Source: Balanoglossus misakiensis (taxonomy: Eukaryota; Animalia; Hemichordata). From it: 64,000 bases of DNA. Shown piece after piece: positions 53,820 through 60,383 of this stretch; position 1 is the stretch's first letter; every line of letters begins with the position of its first letter. The notes under the pieces are model-generated. The model saw only the letters and a list, made by a program, of their open reading frames with translations. It did no database searches and had not been told where the DNA came from. The stretch is from contig CM082584.2 in NCBI GenBank assembly GCA_040954595.2, positions 7,707,919 to 7,771,918 of the forward strand, given 5' to 3'. Both the position numbers and the translations under genes were made by a program.

Positions 53820-56800
53820 CCGCCAACACAACCACTACTAGCATCACCTCCTCCACCCCTAGAAAGACCATCGAGAAACATCGACCCCTCACCATTCCCA
53901 GCACGTTGAGCAAACCCACAGGGGTGGGGTCGTACTTCAGCCGGGCTGCTATGAAGTCGACCAGCAGCTGCAGCATTTGGTATATCCCCTCCTGGATCTC
54001 CGTCCCCCAGCGGTGCACAGCGCCGGACGTCAGCAGTTTCTTGAAGGCCTCTGGCATACACCGGTCGACGAACCGCATGCAGTTCTCGTCCGCATCCATC
54101 AGACCTACCAGGGAATATGCAGAATAAAGTTCTTGTCAGCTGCCACAGATAGCATGTGCACGCAGGGAGCACAACACTGTGTAACCCGGTTTACAAAATA
54201 AACCATATCACATGACTATCACATGGTTTATTTTGTAAACCGGGTTACAACTGTAACCACATTCTTGCTTTTACATGCTTTTAGACAACTTTTCCGATTC
54301 CACATAACTGATATTCTCATAGCCTAGTTTTCAAACTGTCAGCCACAGGAATCCATGAGTGCACACTGCTGGCTATAGACATGTCGAAATGTGCAGTAAA
54401 GACAACAGTGAGGGTACACTGTGGGTATGATCTTGAGATTATGTGGCAATTTGTATAGGAGAAATAACACCGAGACTTCAATAGTTCTAGCATTGTGGTA
54501 GAGTGTTTTTTTCTCAAGACGATGTGGGCACTACTCTTAAATTGACTCTGTATCTATAATCTGGATTCATGTCCACCTTTCTTTAGCATTACTCTGGATA
54601 AAACACACAGTACTTAGCATGTACAGTTAACTGGCAAAGATGACAGCATTGAATAATTTATGTCATATCTGTTCATGGGGACATTCTGGCTGGCAAACTA
54701 AAACAGACAGCGACTGCACAACTAATGGACCGTACAGAACTATAACTGGACAGATGTAGTCCGCAATGAGCGGTAAAAGATTCATGCCGTCCACAGTCTA
54801 TTCATTCCCCACTGGTTTCACCGACAACACTTTTCTTGTACTGACACATACAGCCAGATTCCACAGGGCTTTCAAAAATGCACAAGGACCCACGCAGGAA
54901 GGCAATGCGGTTTAATCAGAACATGCAGCCCACTAAGTTGCTATCTCGGGTTATTTAACCCTTATATAATACAGCTTCAGTCAGAGAGGAAATATGAGCC
55001 TGAGATCAGTGTTTCTGATTCCAGGAAGGCTGGTGGACCCCACTAGTGGATTCCTAATCCTAACAGGAAGACTGGTGGTTTAATACTTGTACTATAAATT
55101 TACTACATACTGTACATTTTTCACTGGGTTTTAATTACACTAGTTTCACAGATACATAAAATCAGCTAAATAAAATCCCAGCGAAAAATGTAACATTACA
55201 ATAGAACTCATAGTTATATACTAGCTAAATCTGTGAATTTCAAATCTAGTGAATGTGCCCCAAATACCAAAAACGTTGAAATTAAATTCCAGAGAAAAAG
55301 GAATGCTTTTGAAGTATCTCATGTTGGACAGACTAAAGGTATACAGTCAGAGTTATCATGGAAGTGGAAATCTTGCAAATCATAGACTTTCATCAGCAAT
55401 CTCAACTGCTCTGATTTTGTGCTAAGGTTTTATTGGCAGAATGCTTGAAGTACAGGGTCAGCTATGCACATTAAGCCACAGTTACCATGGAAAGTTGAGA
55501 TCTACCCAATCAAGGATTTTTGTGGGGTGGCCAAGCGAAAAAAAGTGCCACCACACATTGTTTAGACACACCATTTTAGACATATATTGGCAGATGTAAA
55601 TTTGAACAATTGTATACCTTCAAGATAAACACGACACTGCCAGCAGGTTGCTAGGTTACAGACTATCTCCATCAGTACGGCTCACAAAGTAACTGAAGGA
55701 AATCTTTACCTTCCTCGGCTAGCCTGGTGGCTCCCATGATGCACTTGCCCAGAGATTCTTCCTCTTTGTACGGGATAGACCACTGCTCAGTGAACACTCT
55801 GCCTTCCAGTTCGTACAGATTAGTGGTCGGGAATTCATTGGAAACCGCGATGTTGGCCTCTTCCTCTGCTTTGTTCTGGCCATTCTGTGTGGGGTCCTCC
55901 TGTGGTGTACGGAGAAACAGGAGTCTTACATGTACATGTGTATGCATACAACTTTCACATCCACAATTCATATGCAACAGGTAAGGCACGATGCAAATAC
56001 AAACAGCATCATCATGCATGATCAACAGACGCACATACACGTACATGTGCATCTGTTGATCATCATCATGTATGTGGTTTGATTACATGCATGTTCATAT
56101 CAATCCCATGTCATTTTTTGTATCACTGTCATGTGACTTCTGCGGTGCCTTTCTGTCATACAACACTGCAATAGTCAGCATGCAACGGATCAATAACCAT
56201 ATCCCATGAATCAAAAATAGTACAAACGAGTGCCGGCTTACCACAAAATCTACAAGTACTACATCATGATCATGATCATGTATGTAGCCAGGCAATGCAT
56301 ATAAATACGATGCTCAGAAAATGTTAACGCCCATTTTAATTTATCCCTCTTTTGACAGCAATATCACGACCTACAACAATTTACCAGCATGTTTCTGTTG
56401 TCACAAGAAACCGGTTTGGCATTTTCTAAGCAAGAGTGACCAAGCGGGGAGGCGATGTGTGCGTAGACTGTGTGAGAGCCAATGGAAGCCGAAACGAAAC
56501 TAAAAGTCCTTTTGGGTGACGTCGGAGTTGATGGCGACTGCCCTATGTTCCTCGTTGGTCATTTGGTGTCAACAACTTCAACATACACTGATATCGTAAA
56601 AACTAATAACTACGAGCTTGACACCTGCCATATGACGACGATATTAAAGTTGGATCGCCGAAGTTCGCGTTTTGTAATATATACATACATGTACTGGTTG
56701 GCAACGTTGTTTTCGAATCAGTTCTCGATTAAATGGAAATCCGTGTTCCCTCATCGGCTGCAATTGCTCATGATAGTTGATTGATCTAGAGTTCTTTGCC

Positions 56801-57244
56801 ATTTCATTTATTTCACACCCAACAATATCTTAATGATCATTCAGACAACGTGTGATGAGCAAATTTTCAACCGCAGGGACCTGTGCGCCTGCGGTAGGGC
56901 CCACCACACCCACGCCTCCCAAACGTGTCCCGCCAGTCAAGATCGATAGTCGCTGAAGCTATGGCACGACTTACCTCAGACACGGGTTCTACCGCCTCGT
57001 CGTAGCTGGGAGGGGGCGGATCCCCTCCCCCGCTACCCCTGTGAGTGCTCGTTGAGGTTCCCTGCATGTCTTTCATCTCCACATCGTCCAATGTGTCATA
57101 GCTGGAACCCGGTTGCTCATTGGTGAGAATGGCAACCGCTTCGTTCACGTCGTTCCTACCCAGGCGCAGAGCTTTGCGTATTTCGCTTACGTCAGAAAAT
57201 CCCATACTCAAGAGGGTCTGCAAGTGTTCTTCGTTTGGTTCCAT
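30542..57244 (-). CDS. USP24: Ubiquitin carboxyl-terminal hydrolase 24, whole spliced CDS span, 51 coding exons, about 2617 aa
   Basis: Hand-spliced GT-AG exons keep frame from ATG 57244 to the stop at 30542; lengths sum to 7854 nt. Recognisable USP24 motifs: [14 protein letters not shown] (UBA-like), [49 protein letters not shown], Cys box [22 protein letters not shown], His box [25 protein letters not shown]-terminal [10 protein letters not shown] and [11 protein letters not shown]. The UBA-like N-terminus favours USP24 over USP9. Confidence 0.95.
31224..31378 (-). CDS. USP24: USP24 exon 50
   Basis: [11 protein letters not shown]...[11 protein letters not shown]. Confidence 0.93.
31992..32130 (-). 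CDS. USP24: USP24 exon 49
   Basis: PANELKSV...DPLQLTRL. Confidence 0.9.
32854..32967 (-). CDS. USP24: USP24 exon 48
   Basis: AVLACRE...[10 protein letters not shown]. Confidence 0.9.
33181..33302 (-). CDS. USP24: USP24 exon 47
   Basis: AGQSTVRSP...RYVRE. Confidence 0.88.
33357..33380. repeat. (TG)n microsatellite
   Basis: Directly visible. Confidence 0.9.
33393..33504 (-). CDS. USP24: USP24 exon 46
   Basis: [26 protein letters not shown]. Confidence 0.9.
33684..33791 (-). CDS. USP24: USP24 exon 45
   Basis: [24 protein letters not shown]. Confidence 0.88.
33954..34136. mobile_element. MITE with TA ends and CAGTCAAACCTGT terminal inverted repeats (Tc1/mariner/pogo type)
   Basis: TACAGTCAAACCTGT...ACAGGTTTGACTGTA with internal GACCACC repeats; it abuts the (ATAC)n tract. 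Confidence 0.85.
34135..34235. repeat. (TACA)n microsatellite
   Basis: Directly visible. Confidence 0.95.
34477..34696 (-). CDS. USP24: USP24 exon 44
   Basis: [12 protein letters not shown]...[14 protein letters not shown]. Confidence 0.92.
34920..35033 (-). CDS. USP24: USP24 exon 43
   Basis: [11 protein letters not shown]...ACFWLVDHF. Confidence 0.9.
35165..35268 (-). CDS. USP24: USP24 exon 42
   Basis: [15 protein letters not shown]. Confidence 0.92.
35456..35684 (-). CDS. USP24: USP24 exon 41
   Basis: [22 protein letters not shown]...DENLRF. Confidence 0.92.
36143..36305 (-). CDS. USP24: USP24 exon 40
   Basis: [11 protein letters not shown]. Confidence 0.9.
36376..36586. mobile_element. 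MITE family A copy 1
   Basis: TIRs TACTGTAAAACACTTTATTTTCGCGAG / CTCGCGGAAATAAAGTGTTTTACAGTA, rich in TTTTCGCG words. Confidence 0.88.
36711..36850 (-). CDS. USP24: USP24 exon 39
   Basis: [13 protein letters not shown]...ECFGG. Confidence 0.94.
37036..37247 (-). CDS. USP24: USP24 exon 38 (catalytic His box)
   Basis: [25 protein letters not shown]. Confidence 0.96.
37448..37567 (-). CDS. USP24: USP24 exon 37
   Basis: [17 protein letters not shown]. Confidence 0.94.
37974..38112 (-). CDS. USP24: USP24 exon 36
   Basis: [12 protein letters not shown]...[12 protein letters not shown]. Confidence 0.94.
38294..38376 (-). CDS. USP24: USP24 exon 35
   Basis: [16 protein letters not shown]. Confidence 0.93.
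38553..38774 (-). CDS. USP24: USP24 exon 34
   Basis: [13 protein letters not shown]. Confidence 0.94.
39119..39238 (-). CDS. USP24: USP24 exon 33 (catalytic Cys box)
   Basis: [22 protein letters not shown]. Confidence 0.96.
39395..39539 (-). CDS. USP24: USP24 exon 32
   Basis: [15 protein letters not shown]...MHHQ...KEWE. Confidence 0.92.
39674..39785 (-). CDS. USP24: USP24 exon 31
   Basis: [19 protein letters not shown]...FVP. Confidence 0.9.
39909..40094 (-). CDS. USP24: USP24 exon 30
   Basis: [12 protein letters not shown]...LTGHLRLL. Confidence 0.9.
40531..40592 (-). CDS. USP24: USP24 exon 29
   Basis: [20 protein letters not shown]. Confidence 0.9.
40876..40966. mobile_element. Family B MITE copy
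   Basis: CCCTTTCAC...CCCATTGTTTTCTATGGTAAAGTTGGACCT; ends next to the exon 28 donor. Confidence 0.7.
40972..41206 (-). CDS. USP24: USP24 exon 28
   Basis: [20 protein letters not shown]...RGASQ. Confidence 0.92.
41595..41753 (-). CDS. USP24: USP24 exon 27
   Basis: STGSASSD...[13 protein letters not shown]. Confidence 0.92.
41772..41862. mobile_element. About 90-bp piggyBac-like MITE (family B)
   Basis: TTAACCCTTTCAC...CCCATTGTTTTCCATAGTAAGGTTGGA...GGGGTGAAAGG; TTAA plus CCCT termini. Confidence 0.7.
42348..42534 (-). CDS. USP24: USP24 exon 26
   Basis: TMPVPDFT...[11 protein letters not shown]...QSST. Confidence 0.9.
43067..43277 (-). CDS. USP24: USP24 exon 25
   Basis: FLLCGQSL...[10 protein letters not shown]. 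Confidence 0.9.
43631..43821 (-). CDS. USP24: USP24 exon 24
   Basis: VLSGKLMP...YSICLQLA. Confidence 0.92.
43942..44076 (-). CDS. USP24: USP24 exon 23
   Basis: SDDNSS...[12 protein letters not shown]. Confidence 0.9.
44430..44514 (-). CDS. USP24: USP24 exon 22
   Basis: [22 protein letters not shown]. Confidence 0.9.
44617..44780. mobile_element. MITE family A copy 2 (inverted, internally deleted)
   Basis: Aligns to the reverse complement of 36376..36586 with an internal deletion of about 47 nt. Confidence 0.88.
44814..44968 (-). CDS. USP24: USP24 exon 21
   Basis: DSLRIEE...[10 protein letters not shown]...[10 protein letters not shown]. Confidence 0.9.
45247..45363 (-). CDS. USP24: USP24 exon 20
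   Basis: [13 protein letters not shown]...RADD. Confidence 0.88.
45624..45722 (-). CDS. USP24: USP24 exon 19
   Basis: [14 protein letters not shown]...TNDKI. Confidence 0.88.
45889..46069 (-). CDS. USP24: USP24 exon 18
   Basis: [11 protein letters not shown]...[11 protein letters not shown]...FTIM. Confidence 0.92.
46206..46372 (-). CDS. USP24: USP24 exon 17
   Basis: [18 protein letters not shown]...PSPS. Confidence 0.92.
46425..46492. mobile_element. Family B MITE copy (inverted, partial)
   Basis: GGACCAAACCACGGTGGTGAAGGGGTTAA. More decayed copies lie at about 42221-42320, 45008-45112 and 51241-51259. Confidence 0.6.
46655..46795 (-). CDS. USP24: USP24 exon 16
   Basis: [19 protein letters not shown]...KLKK. 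Confidence 0.92.
46913..46962. repeat. Compound (GACT/GACA/GACG)n microsatellite
   Basis: Directly visible. Confidence 0.85.
47413..47607 (-). CDS. USP24: USP24 exon 15
   Basis: [14 protein letters not shown]...GASNF. Confidence 0.92.
48712..48843 (-). CDS. USP24: USP24 exon 14
   Basis: [29 protein letters not shown]...DRE. Confidence 0.92.
49149..49298 (-). CDS. USP24: USP24 exon 13
   Basis: [13 protein letters not shown]...DGRYTHRE. Confidence 0.92.
49797..49877 (-). CDS. USP24: USP24 exon 12
   Basis: [14 protein letters not shown]...KEK. Confidence 0.9.
50049..50306 (-). CDS. USP24: USP24 exon 11
   Basis: [14 protein letters not shown]...IDDIKK. Confidence 0.92.
50540..50647 (-). CDS. 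USP24: USP24 exon 10
   Basis: [14 protein letters not shown]...LIQK. Confidence 0.92.
50777..50880 (-). CDS. USP24: USP24 exon 9
   Basis: [12 protein letters not shown]...IWKLQ. Confidence 0.92.
51066..51180 (-). CDS. USP24: USP24 exon 8
   Basis: LTKLIDDS...LSIALE. Confidence 0.92.
51273..51431 (-). CDS. USP24: USP24 exon 7
   Basis: KSGSVSDLL...[13 protein letters not shown]. Confidence 0.92.
51690..51783. mobile_element. Family B MITE copy
   Basis: TTAACCCTTTCACCACTGTGGTTTGGTCC...TTTTCTATGGTGAAGGTGGACCTCT. Confidence 0.7.
51902..52042 (-). CDS. USP24: USP24 exon 6
   Basis: [17 protein letters not shown]...DLKHK. Confidence 0.92.
52468..52539 (-). CDS. USP24: USP24 exon 5
   Basis: FAEKGGF...ELDAP. 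Confidence 0.9.
52659..52820 (-). CDS. USP24: USP24 exon 4
   Basis: [13 protein letters not shown]...LVNLINR. Confidence 0.92.
52898..53820. repeat. (CAT)n array with a higher-order unit in USP24 intron 3
   Basis: CAT runs punctuated 12 times by CATTATCACCATCCTATTGT. Confidence 0.95.
53893..54104 (-). CDS. USP24: USP24 exon 3
   Basis: [33 protein letters not shown]...VLGM. Confidence 0.92.
54180..54249. repeat. Perfect 27-bp inverted repeat with a 16-nt loop
   Basis: TGTAACCCGGTTTACAAAATAAACCAT at 54180-54206 and its exact reverse complement at 54223-54249. Confidence 0.9.
55107..55316. mobile_element. Decayed MITE resembling family A
   Basis: TACTGTA start, degenerate end TTTTGAAGTA, internal A-rich GAAATTAAA words. 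Confidence 0.35.
55710..55899 (-). CDS. USP24: USP24 exon 2
   Basis: EDPTQ...[10 protein letters not shown]...LAEE, CAG/GTAAA. Confidence 0.92.
56975..57244 (-). CDS. USP24: USP24 coding exon 1 (UBA-like)
   Basis: [18 protein letters not shown]...EPVSE, donor GTAAG. Confidence 0.93.
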
Positions 57245-58968
57245 GGTGCCCCTTCCTTGCACGCAGTAAGGGTCACCGGAATTTTGAATGAAAACTAAAA
57301 AACTTCGCTCCGACTTGATAAATATTCAACACTTCCCTCTCCCCGTCAGCGCCATCTTGGAAGAGGGACGCATCATGGGTAACCATTATTTGAACGTAGG
57401 TGGCGCTATGGCCAAGTCGCTTTCTGGACAAAATGTTAACTTTATTAATGAGCGGTGGGTACTTACGGTAAAATGATTCAAAATACAAAACTTTCATACC
57501 TGTCAAAAAGTTTTGATTCGACTTAAAACAAGCGGATCCATTGGTACACATCCTATAAAAATCATCTTTCGGAAACGAAAGTACAGAAGACGAATGTGAA
57601 ATGGATAAAAGTAGTGATGCATCAACGAATATTCACGTGCCTTTTGACCACAATACAGACACATGTAATTTTCCCTGTTGCCAAATACCACCCTGCTTCG
57701 ACTACCAACTTCAGCGGCAACTTGAAAAATTCCATTTGCTTTTGTTTGGACTTTTTAATATCGTGGGGCTGTTGCAAACGCGATTTCTCTGATACTGCAA
57801 TCTTGTGCTAACTTTGATCCATTTTTCAGAGATGCATTTTTGCGAGAACATACATATTAAGGGTGCACGTGTATTAATGCCCAGTTCTTCATTCATACAG
57901 AAACTTCGACTTTGGTGCCATAAGGCATTTAGGGACTATGGACTCTGCCCACATGTCACGTCCTGCACGCGTGTGACCGACAGATCGCATGATTCGATAG
58001 GTGAAGACTTTGAACCTTCTGTGGCACTACAACGCCTAGATGACGCATGCGCTGACTTCCTACCAACGCTGTAGCGAATACTTCGGGCGGATCTTCCAGA
58101 TCACAAGCTATCACTTTCTGACGTAAGGTAAGGTTTACGAAGATTTGGATGCGTCGATTATTTCAGATAATTCCTTCAAGACAATCATGATATCATTGTG
58201 GTGCGCGTAGAACATAGAAAATGCCATCTGGGTGAAAAATCCCGCAATTTGTTTCGCCCAAAGTGCTATATCAAAGTTTTTTTTTAATACTTCCTGGTTC
58301 CGCCTTCAGTACAGTAAACTTCTGTAGGTAAATTTCTGTTCAAAGCCGAACAGTAACAATGTTTATAGTTTATTTTTTCATAGTTTACCAAACCTTTATC
58401 CCCGGGCCGCTTTATTGACAATGGAACACAAAGCAATATATTACACAAATTTCCTTTTCATTGACGCGATTCAAGTCTGAAATGACCTCATTATGACTTT
58501 TTACATGACTGAAGGTGGTAAAACTCCTTTTAATGTCATATTTTAAAATAATTGCCATTTCAAGATACCGCGATTGCTTTGCATTATGTCGGATCGCTGA
58601 AACTGCACGTTTAGAATGTGAATTTATGAACAATTTTCATGATTTGCGTTTGCCACTGGATAAAAAACAGTCATATAAATTACTATGTACGATTTGTTTT
58701 CGTTTATAATTTTCAGTCTGTCATTAGACATGAATAGTGACTCGTATAAATCTCGGCATATCGACATGATCAGTTCATGTAGGCTACTAAATTACTACAG
58801 AATGTTTTCCCATAAAATTTACTGACGGTTTTTAAAAGCCCGAGACTCAGACAAGGCAGATGAGTCACTAATTCTTGACGCACTTTAGGAAGAAAGCGCT
58901 GTCTTTTTATCTTTTATCAATGTGTCTATAATAACGGTATCCAATATTCATCTTTAATTTACCATCAG
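57245..58968. promoter_or_regulatory. Divergent promoter region between USP24 and TRIM-DTC
   Basis: Head-to-head ATGs about 1.74 kb apart. USP24 side: CCCTCTTCC followed by the YY1-like AAGATGGCG (57350-57367). TRIM side: CRE-like and ETS-like words at 58040-58305, candidate non-coding exon donors at 58128 and 58328, and an acceptor at 58968. Confidence 0.6.
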
Positions 58969-58985
58969 ATCAACATACCAACAAA

Positions 58986-60383
58986 ATGGCCGAAGCAATG
59001 CCTAGTGGGAGTTTCCTCCAACAGCGCATTGATGAGAAAATCCTCTTCTGTCCGATCTGCCAAGAACGGATGGTGAAACCCAAAAGTCTACCCTGCATAC
59101 ACAGCTTCTGTGAGAAGTGCCTCGAACAATGGGTGCGACAGAAAGGAGGCAGACTTGAATGTCCGACGTGTCGACGAGCGTGTCCACTCCCGCAGGCAGG
59201 GGTCAAAGGTCTCACTAACAATTTTTTCATCAATGACCTGATTGAACTATTTGACGAGTTGCAGGGCAACCCCGGCGAGACCGTATGCGATTTGTGTGCC
59301 AGAAAAGCAAGCTGTTGGTGTCAAGAATGCGCCCAGTTCTTTTGTGATGGGTGTCGGCGTACTCATTTGAAAGCAAGGGTGTCAAGAAACCACAGATTCA
59401 TGTCTATGGAAGAATACAACGCCGTGGCTGAGTCTGGACGTGATCACCTCATTCGTCCCCGATTCTGCGCGGCGCATCAAGACAGTCAGCTCAAGTTATT
59501 CTGCCAACACTGTCAGGTGAATGCGTGCATGGAATGCGCAGTGACCGTTCACAAGGGCGGGGCGCACAATCTGGTGTCGTTAGAAGATGCGTTGGAAAAG
59601 TTCGACCCGGAGTTGCAAGACAAAGAAAATGCAGTTTCAAATAGGGTATGTTCACTCCGAGAAAAACAACAAGAGGCAACAAAAAATATAGAATATATTG
59701 ATAAAAACGGAAGTCGGGTTGTGCGACAAATCAAACATAAAATAGCAGAAATGAGAAATCTATTGCAGCAAGAGGAAGACAGGTTGGTGGAAAAGGCTTT
59801 GGCAATGAGTGTACAGAAGAAGAAAAACATGCAAGCAGAACTGGACCAGATAGAATTCGATCTAGCCTCTGCAGAAAATATGTATGTCTACACACGAAAT
59901 CTGCGGACTCACGGCAATGCAGCTGATATACTTTCCCAGAAGAAAGAACTGATGCAGAGATTGAATGAAATCACAAATGATCGTTCAACAGACCGATACG
60001 TACCTCCACAAAACATTCGCCTTGTTTATCAAGAGAACAGCCAGTGCATGCAACTTTCTCTTGGAGAAATAATTGACCAATCAGAAGTGACACATGCTGC
60101 ACGTGTCAGCCAATCAGTTGATCGACAGATACTACAACAGCAACCTGAGGCAACGACCGAGAAATCTGTGATTAAAAGAGAAATGACCGACCAATCCAGG
60201 GTGTCTAGTATGTCACGTGTCAGCCCACCAACTGTCGAGAGAAAACAACAAAGACCTAAGACTCTGGCCCAGAAGACTTCTGCTCCTGGAGTTGTTACTG
60301 GTAATATGCCAACGGGAACTATGGACGTCAGGGTTCGTAGATATCATACTATTAAATATACGTTTGCAGATGGAATACAAGGA
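58986..60383 (+). CDS. TRIM-DTC coding exon 1 (RBCC, linker, start of DTC)
   Basis: Long ORF; donor GGA|GTAAGT at 60384; ATG in AAAATGG context. Confidence 0.92.

Noticed and set aside
52898-53820. CRISPR-like appearance of a constant 20-mer with variable spacers
   Set aside because: The spacers are only CAT runs, the context is a eukaryotic intron, and there are no cas genes.
52841-54127. Long poly-His/Ile/Ser ORFs (up to 428 aa)
   Set aside because: They are translations of the stop-free (CAT)n array inside USP24 intron 3.
30542-57244. Assignment as USP9X/faf or USP34
   Set aside because: The UBA-like N-terminus and the WSIPYK..ESLGKC region match USP24.
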